Positions 60,235 to 64,000 of a stretch of 64,000 nt of DNA are shown one piece after another. Source of the DNA: Candidatus Obscuribacterales bacterium. GTDB taxonomy: Bacteria > Cyanobacteriota > Vampirovibrionia > Obscuribacterales > Obscuribacteraceae. How positions within the stretch are numbered: the stretch's first letter is position 1; each line of letters opens with the position of its first letter. The stretch is taken from assembly GCA_965228855.1 (NCBI GenBank), contig CBDDIJ010000003.1:928001-992000 (forward strand), given 5' to 3'. The notes under the pieces were generated by a model, which saw only the letters and a program-made list of their open reading frames with translations, was not told the DNA's origin and did not search any database. The position numbers were made by a program, and so were the translations under genes.

Positions 60235-61233
60235 CTACTTATTCAAGTGGAGTAATTCATCGATGACGAACTGAGCCGCGCCGATGATGCCGGCTTGACC
60301 GCCGAGTGCGGACTGGCGGATCTCGATCGAGTCGCCGACAGTGGGCAGGCAATGGTCGATCACCATGTCTTCCAGCAAGCGGAAGTCTATGAATTCACTC
60401 AATCCTCCTGTTAGAACAAAGCAGTCCGGATTGAGAACGTGTGCCAAGTTAACTAGCCCGTGGCTCACGTGTTCGTGCCAGCGCTCAACAATTTTTTGAG
60501 CCATGAGGTCTCCGTCGGCGGATGCTGCAAAAATTGAGTGCGTGGTCAATTCAGTTGTTCTTGAAGCCAGTGGCGTTTGCTCATCAGATACGCCCTCAAG
60601 CAGATCCTTTGCTGTTTGAATCAAGCCTCGGCCAGAGCCGTATGCTTCCCAGCAGTCGAATAGACCACAGGTACAAAGGCGTTTGTTTTCCATCGCAATT
60701 TTGATGTGACCGACTTCTCCGGCTGCCCAATTGGAGCCGCGAAAGAGTCGTCCGTGAAGAACGATGCCGCCTCCTATTCCTGTACCGAGGGTTACAGTAA
60801 CTACGCAACGTTTGCTTCTCAAGCCCGTGACACGAGCTTCTGCGTATCCTGCTGCGTTTGCGTCGTTTTCAACATGAACCGGCAGCAATGTTCTCGATTC
60901 CATGACCGTTTTCAACTGCGTGCCTGACCAGCCTGGCAGGTTTCCAGTAGAACCTATGATTTCTCCGGTGTCACCATTTACGATACCAGCTGTCGCTATC
61001 CCTACCCCTGCTAGTACGTCGGTTCGAAACTTGTTTACTAACTCCACCAGACCATTGATGATGTTGTCGCGACCGTCGGGAGTGGGGATCTGCTGAAACT
61101 CCGTGATCATCTGATTGTCTCGTACTGCGGCCGCCCTGATCTTGGTTCCACCGAGATCAATTCCGAGGGCGGGCATATGCGACTTTGCTAAAGTATCGAT
61201 TTTGTTTGCTTCAACGCCCTTAGCCCTGCTCAT
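60235..61233 (-). CDS. ROK family sugar kinase (glucokinase-like)
   Basis: GIDLGGTK, ENDANAA, GTGIGGG, GEVGH, CTCG...CWE. Confidence 0.93.
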   Translation of the reverse strand: MSRAKGVEANKIDTLAKSHMPALGIDLGGTKIRAAAVRDNQMITEFQQIPTPDGRDNIINGLVELVNKFRTDVLAGVGIATAGIVNGDTGEIIGSTGNLPGWSGTQLKTVMESRTLLPVHVENDANAAGYAEARVTGLRSKRCVVTVTLGTGIGGGIVLHGRLFRGSNWAAGEVGHIKIAMENKRLCTCGLFDCWEAYGSGRGLIQTAKDLLEGVSDEQTPLASRTTELTTHSIFAASADGDLMAQKIVERWHEHVSHGLVNLAHVLNPDCFVLTGGLSEFIDFRLLEDMVIDHCLPTVGDSIEIRQSALGGQAGIIGAAQFVIDELLHLNK

Positions 61234-61235
61234 TG

Positions 61236-63344
61236 TTAGATGCCGCCCAGCTGACCATGGTCCGGCGCTCCTTTGAGGACTAGTTTATCGAACGGAATCG
61301 GTGAGCCTATAAGCACATCAAATCCGAGTCTGTTCATGCCGCGAATCATATCGCGAGAAACAAGCACTTTGAAATCCTCAGGACCAATAGCTGCCGATAT
61401 CGACTTTTGATAGAACAGTTTATTGTTCAGGTTGTAGCCCAGACCACCGCCGATAGTGAGGTATTTGGTGACTTTTATGTCTCCGAAAAGGCTGCAAGAC
61501 CGCTGTCCCTGGATAAATTGGTCAAAAACGAACGGTGTGCTTCCGCCAACTTTCGACTGGGTGTAATTGCCCTGGAGCCGTACACGATTTAAACGCATGT
61601 CAAGGATCGGACCAATCTGTCCAAGGGCGCCTTTATCACCGGTCGAGTAAGCACGGGCTGACACGCCGCCGAAGATATATGATTTCACTCCCCACTTGTC
61701 GTTTCCGACGTTAAATAGAGGATGTGTTACCGCCGTGAGCTGTTCTTGAATTTTCAAAGCAGACTTGAAGACGGTTGAGGTTTGCGTGCCGCCAAACAGT
61801 TCTGCATATTGAGGGTTCAGGTTGATCAACTGCGGGTTATCCTGGTAGGCGCCAGCGGACGTCCTGAATTTAACCGCGCTGAGAAACGGCACGTTGCCTA
61901 TCTGGTGACTATCTACGAGCTCAGCGGCCAGCCTGGGTCTTCGGTAACCATACATGCCGTCTTCCATGAAGCGGTTAATTCCCGCGTTGAACTTGAAACC
62001 TTTGCGAATATTGTAGGCTGCGTCCGCAACCATCAAGTGGTTGACGGAGCCAGCGGCAATATTGATTTTCGAGCGCTTCCCTTCGTATGAAACTCTACCG
62101 GATAAACCGATGCCGGCACCGTCCTCATTTCTTGTGCCATCAAGATTGCGACCGCCAATCTGAAGCATCGGCGACCAGCTCAATATTCCTTTCTTGCCCA
62201 TGGCGTGATTGAACTTGGGACCAATGTGCATACCACCGATCTGCAAGTTGTTGGTTATGGAAGGCGAGATCGGAAAAACTACCGTGTTCTCGTTTTTTGA
62301 AATGTTTGCTGAAAATCTAGGCACTGGAATGTCAAAACTTCCCATTTGCAGTTTGCCACCAAATACGGTGAGGTTGCCGCCATCGGTTTTATACTTTTCG
62401 TAAACCATCTTGCGAGCCTTGAACTTGACTGATGGTTTGACCGGCACATATGCGTCTGGGTGGATCATCTTCTGCTGAACTTCAGCCGAGTAGCCGATGG
62501 GACCAATCATAGTGTTTCGCTGAATGTAGATAGGATCAGGCATGGTCAACGAACCTTTTCGGAACGCGATGCCTTCATCCGTACCATAACCTTTGCGAGC
62601 GACGACTGTGGCGCCGTTGATTTCCGTATCAGGGTTGGTTATTAAGTACTCGTCTTTGTTTACCTTAAACTTGAAGGCACTGCCAACGGTGACCTGACCG
62701 TCGCGGGTGATGCGCACGTTCCCTCTGGCATCGATTTCTTCATTGTTCTGATCATACAGAATCATGTCTGCTTCAAGTTTAGAGTTCTGACCACCTATGA
62801 TGGCGACAGCGTTTCCTGTGCCAAGGAATGTGTTTTTCTCCTGGTCGAATTCGGTATCGTCCGCGACAATCTGAATGGTTCCCTTGAGAGTAGTGTCTTC
62901 GTTTATAGACTCCGCCATTGCCGGATCTTCATCTTCTACATCAACTTCGACAGAGAACTTGTCAGGGGCGGTTTTCAAAACCGAGTTCGGCAGCAATGGA
63001 GGACCATCAGCAGACTCTTGAGGCGCCACAGTCTTGATGTCGCCAGTCTCTTCATCCGTTTTTTTTGCAGTATCGGATGCGGTGCTTGGCGTGGTGTCGA
63101 GCTTCGGAGTGAGTGGCAACAGCAGCGTGCCACTCGGAGCATCCGTGCCCGAGGTTGCGCTCAACGCGCCCGGTGGAAGGCTGAGCTGCAATGTTAGAGC
63201 CAAAGAGGCTGCCATAGCCGCAGACCGCAAAGTAGTTGCAGCGGTAAATTCCCTAATGTGTCCGAGGGTAAGCTTGCAACGACCGCCTGTCGTCGACGAT
63301 CGTTCCCCATTTGTCTTATTTGAAAGGCAGATTCGGTCTGTCAT
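61236..63344 (-). CDS. LptD/OstA-like LPS assembly protein
   Basis: Signal peptide, OstA-like beta-jellyroll (IVADDTEFDQ, LEADMILYD, ARGNVRI) and beta-strand-rich C-terminal half. Confidence 0.7.
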   Translation of the reverse strand: MTDRICLSNKTNGERSSTTGGRCKLTLGHIREFTAATTLRSAAMAASLALTLQLSLPPGALSATSGTDAPSGTLLLPLTPKLDTTPSTASDTAKKTDEETGDIKTVAPQESADGPPLLPNSVLKTAPDKFSVEVDVEDEDPAMAESINEDTTLKGTIQIVADDTEFDQEKNTFLGTGNAVAIIGGQNSKLEADMILYDQNNEEIDARGNVRITRDGQVTVGSAFKFKVNKDEYLITNPDTEINGATVVARKGYGTDEGIAFRKGSLTMPDPIYIQRNTMIGPIGYSAEVQQKMIHPDAYVPVKPSVKFKARKMVYEKYKTDGGNLTVFGGKLQMGSFDIPVPRFSANISKNENTVVFPISPSITNNLQIGGMHIGPKFNHAMGKKGILSWSPMLQIGGRNLDGTRNEDGAGIGLSGRVSYEGKRSKINIAAGSVNHLMVADAAYNIRKGFKFNAGINRFMEDGMYGYRRPRLAAELVDSHQIGNVPFLSAVKFRTSAGAYQDNPQLINLNPQYAELFGGTQTSTVFKSALKIQEQLTAVTHPLFNVGNDKWGVKSYIFGGVSARAYSTGDKGALGQIGPILDMRLNRVRLQGNYTQSKVGGSTPFVFDQFIQGQRSCSLFGDIKVTKYLTIGGGLGYNLNNKLFYQKSISAAIGPEDFKVLVSRDMIRGMNRLGFDVLIGSPIPFDKLVLKGAPDHGQLGGI

Positions 63345-63769
63345 TCAGTCTCCATTGTGCACCAGCTGTGGTTCCATCGATAGTAATACGGAAAGCGCTG
63401 TTTTGCTATAAACATTCGTCACTCTTGGGCTATGACGATGGTGGCTTCTTCTGGTTCCACGCGATCGCGTCGACTCGCGTTTATTATTGGTCTTTCACAA
63501 AACCAAGCGCGGATGTCAACAATGGCTGTCAATACTACATGGATGGAATCGAGAAGATCAAGCCGAGTAATTTCAGTTACAAGAAGGATGTTAGCAGTTC
63601 CCAAATCATTTCATCGAAACTTAGGCTAAGAACCGCCTACAGACTACGTCTTGCCGTCGAATGATTTGGGATAGCAAAGATGAGAGATTTGTTATCGTCA
63701 AGATTATAATTAACTTGCCCGGCCGAGCTTACCACTGAGCCCTTTTTGGTTTTTAATTGACCTCATAAC

Positions 63770-64000
63770 ATGAACACATTCGTATTCCAGTCCCCAACGA
63801 AAGTTTGCTTTGGCGAGAACAGTGCTGCCACAGCTTTTGATGTTGTCAAGGATTTTGGCGGCTTACGGCCCTTGTTGTTGACCGACAAATTTCTCGTCGA
63901 TAACAATCTAATTGATTCTGTTCTTGACGGCCTGAAAGATGGTGGACTGCCCGAGCCGTTCGTGTTTTGCGATGTGCCATCAGACTCTGATGTCGATTGT
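63770..64000 (+). CDS. Iron-containing alcohol dehydrogenase, 5' part (runs off window)
   Basis: Manual translation MNTFVFQSPTKVCFGE...RPLLLTDKFL...VFCDVPSDS. Confidence 0.85.
   Translation, partial: MNTFVFQSPTKVCFGENSAATAFDVVKDFGGLRPLLLTDKFLVDNNLIDSVLDGLKDGGLPEPFVFCDVPSDSDVDC

Noticed and set aside
63311..63664. ORFs between the lptD-like gene and the Fe-ADH gene
   Set aside because: No clear RBS or family motif, and several competing frames.

Overview
A mostly chromosomal 64-kb window from a diderm bacterium. The cyanobacteria-like efp-accB-accC and Omp85 sequences, LPS genes, lack of photosynthesis genes and expanded Ser/Thr kinases suggest a non-photosynthetic cyanobacterial relative (Melainabacteria/Obscuribacterales); this is inference only. 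Left end (1-11.5 kb, bounded by the 3' end of a tRNA-Arg(UCG)): a cyclic beta-1,2-glucan synthase running off the window edge, a desaturase/receiver-domain remnant, an orphan OmpR-type regulator, SRPBCC, GlsB/YeaQ and secreted patatin genes, and an orphan DUF433. Four copies of a conserved 16-18 bp motif sit in two outward-facing pairs between these genes. Middle: housekeeping and envelope genes (valS, efp, accB, accC, tRNA-CAU, tmk, aldehyde dehydrogenase, bamA-skp-lpxD-lpxC) and many secreted hypotheticals. Right (42-60 kb): four membrane Ser/Thr kinases with C-terminal LRR-like domains flank a 2408-aa haemagglutinin-like beta-helical protein with a FecR-like tail. Two of the kinases carry an identically spaced 8-Cys tandem N-terminal module, and this receptor-kinase/adhesin locus is the best candidate for an undescribed system. 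A CCGATATCGG-cored palindrome recurs four times in intergenic DNA, and several unrelated tandem repeats are present. No CRISPR array, integrase or transposase was seen.
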